Below the pieces are notes generated by a model. It saw only the letters and a program-made list of their open reading frames with translations, was not told the DNA's origin and made no database searches. The position numbers and the translations under genes are program-made. This document shows, in pieces, positions 62,401-64,000 of a DNA stretch of 64,000 nt (position 1 is its first letter; each line of letters starts with the position of its first letter). The DNA is from Tubiluchus corallicola. Lineage: Eukaryota; Animalia; Priapulida. The DNA lies in contig JAQGDQ010000721.1 of assembly GCA_030141605.1 (NCBI GenBank), forward strand, positions 43,692-107,691, written 5' to 3'.

Positions 62401-63934
62401 TTGTTTTTTATCCTTCTCCTTGTCTGCTGCCTTTCCTTCTACCAACCTCTTCCGTCTCTTTTCCTCCTGTGAAAAGTTAAAGATTAAAATTTTAAAGAAG
62501 AAAAATAAAACGTAGTGTGAAAAAACTGTTCCGGAACAAACTACCATTGTTCGTGTTCTACTTTAATTATTCGTTGAAAAAGTGTCAGAAATGATTGTCC
62601 TATGATTCTTCATTAGAACGTAAGCGGAAATTTTTGTCCCAGTATCAAAAAAAATTCCTAAATATTTCAACAACTGAATTTTATATTGATAAGATTTAAA
62701 AAGCTTGCAACGTATTTTGTACATAAGAACGTATTCTTTATAAACATACTAAACTAAACTTTACATTACTTTAAACAAAACAAAGAAATTATGAAAGTTT
62801 TGTGTTCATAACAATCTAAAGCTTGAACATTGGGATCTTAAAGGAAAGATCAACTATTCTAGGAGGTTAGAGTTACTTCAACGTTCGCAAAAAATGTTAG
62901 AAGGATTTAGTAATAAAACTGCAATAAACGACTCGTGTAATTAGTAAAATCACTTTAAAGTCGCGATCACTTCATGCTTGGATGCTCCCATTTTCTTCCA
63001 ATGACGTCATTCTTCTTCTTCCAATGACGTCATTCGTCTTGAAGAAAACTAGCGCACTGTCAATCTTCGTCAAAAGCGTAATGAGTTTTTACAAAAAAAA
63101 ATCTAATATTGTAATGTTTTTGTGTGAATATTAGGTAAGCGGCAGAAGTTTGAATAAGTTTACGCTCGAAAGCGTCCATCGCCATATTTCATGTCTTTGC
63201 CATGAGCGAGCGAGAATGACGTACAAGGTAGAGAAAGCGCCTCTGGTTATGGATGTCTATTTATTGATCTTTGGTGACCTCGTGAGAGTACTCATTACGT
63301 CATTCGTGTTGCACAATGAAAAATGGCGCTTCTTCAAATTTAATTTCGCTAACAACAAAGTGATAAAAACAAAAGAAACAAGTTTTACAGCAAGTTTATA
63401 ATAAAATAAATCGAACATTCGTACTGAGAGTAGGATTTTGAGTTGTGAAAGTTTATATTATAATGAGGGTTTAGTTTGACTTTTAACTTTGGCGTATCTG
63501 AACAACGACAATTCAAAGCTTATCGTCCCAGTTTATTGCAGCAATTTGATCAGGAAATTTCGTCCGAAAGTTTTATTTTTTACCTTTTTTCATTTGAAAG
63601 GTGCCATGAGAAAATTACTGAATGAACTCATGTCATGTACGTAAAGCATTGCATTCCCTGATGTCTAAGTATTGGCCAAGCGTGCCGTCCAACCTGGGCC
63701 AGGTTCATACAAGCAATCTCGAGAAGTGAAAGGCGCATTGGATCATTTGCACACAAGAGGTGCTGTTATGCTGTCAAGTTGAATCTGTTATATAGATAAG
63801 AAATGAAGGTGTCAATCGATAGTCAAAATAGAGTACAAAATTTTCACACTTACTTTGCGTTGAAGTTTCAGTTTGTCTTTGTAAGCTTCAGCTTCTAGTT
63901 CATTCTTCTTAGAAAGTTCTCTGTGAAACTCAAC
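56400..63934 (-). CDS. ACIN1: Acinus (apoptotic chromatin condensation inducer, ASAP/EJC splicing factor), 3' part; 5' exons lie beyond the window
   Basis: Exons 63854-63934, 62297-62466, 61562-61677, 60499-60599, 59173-59286, 56400-56465, phase-consistent; RSB motif [29 protein letters not shown] motif, RE/RS-rich tail. Confidence 0.92.
56525..57456. mobile_element. Cluster of MITE family A copies (56525-56990; full copy 57063-57456)
   Basis: AACCTTTTCACAGTT...AACTGTGAAAAGGCTT terminal inverted repeats. Confidence 0.8.
57606..59115. repeat. 26-bp minisatellite, ~58 copies
   Basis: CTACTCTCCATTACTTAATCATTATT. Confidence 0.97.
59173..59286 (-). CDS. ACIN1: ACIN1 exon
   Basis: [38 protein letters not shown]. 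Confidence 0.88.
59581..60527 (-). repeat. 71-bp tandem repeat (14 donor copies) spanning the ACIN1 RSB-exon 5' splice site
   Basis: Minus: TTTACTGGTTACCACTGACTGAAGAACAG|GTGAGTGG...; plus-strand TCACCTG at 59581+71n through 60433, and at 60495. Confidence 0.97.
60499..60599 (-). CDS. ACIN1: ACIN1 RSB-motif exon
   Basis: [34 protein letters not shown]. Confidence 0.95.
60627..61108. repeat. 49/50-bp tandem repeat, ~10 copies
   Basis: AATGTGAGCTAGTCAGACAGTTTATTGAGTGACTGGCAGTGAGTTACTG. Confidence 0.95.
61562..61677 (-). CDS. ACIN1: ACIN1 exon
   Basis: [38 protein letters not shown]. Confidence 0.88.
62297..62466 (-). CDS. ACIN1: ACIN1 exon
   Basis: [56 protein letters not shown]. Confidence 0.88.
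63854..63934 (-). CDS. ACIN1: ACIN1 exon (immediately after the RRM)
   Basis: [27 protein letters not shown]; tgtcag| acceptor, |gtaagt donor. Confidence 0.8.
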
Positions 63935-64000
63935 CTGACATGAAAAAAATGCAAATAGTCCATAAGTCGGCAATTAAGTTTTTCTAGTTATTCACATGTT

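Overview
AT-rich, intron-rich eukaryotic (invertebrate animal-like) genomic DNA. Three protein-coding genes are recognisable. (1) A two-coding-exon heparan-sulfate 6-O-sulfotransferase (HS6ST, minus strand, 4730-7919). (2) PIGN / GPI ethanolamine-phosphate transferase 1 (plus strand, 19 exons read by hand, 26409-53712); its first coding exon is not visible in the window. (3) The 3' half of Acinus/ACIN1 (minus strand, 6 exons, 56400-63934, continuing past the window end). Mobile elements include a decayed full-length CR1/L2-group LINE, a near-intact BEL/Pao LTR retrotransposon whose flanks show no target-site duplication, a 5S-rRNA-headed SINE with an RTE-like body, and several MITE families (hAT, Kolobok-like, Harbinger-like). 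The most unusual feature is that RNA-processing signals are repeatedly amplified in tandem: about 90 copies of a PIGN 3' splice site, 6 copies of a PIGN 5' splice site, 14 copies of an ACIN1 5' splice site, smaller acceptor and donor duplications, and a triplicated AATAAA. In every case traced, use of a decoy site gives a frameshift or premature stop. Most long ORFs in the ORF track are artefacts of these repeats. All family assignments come from motif recognition, not database searches, and copy numbers are approximate hand counts.
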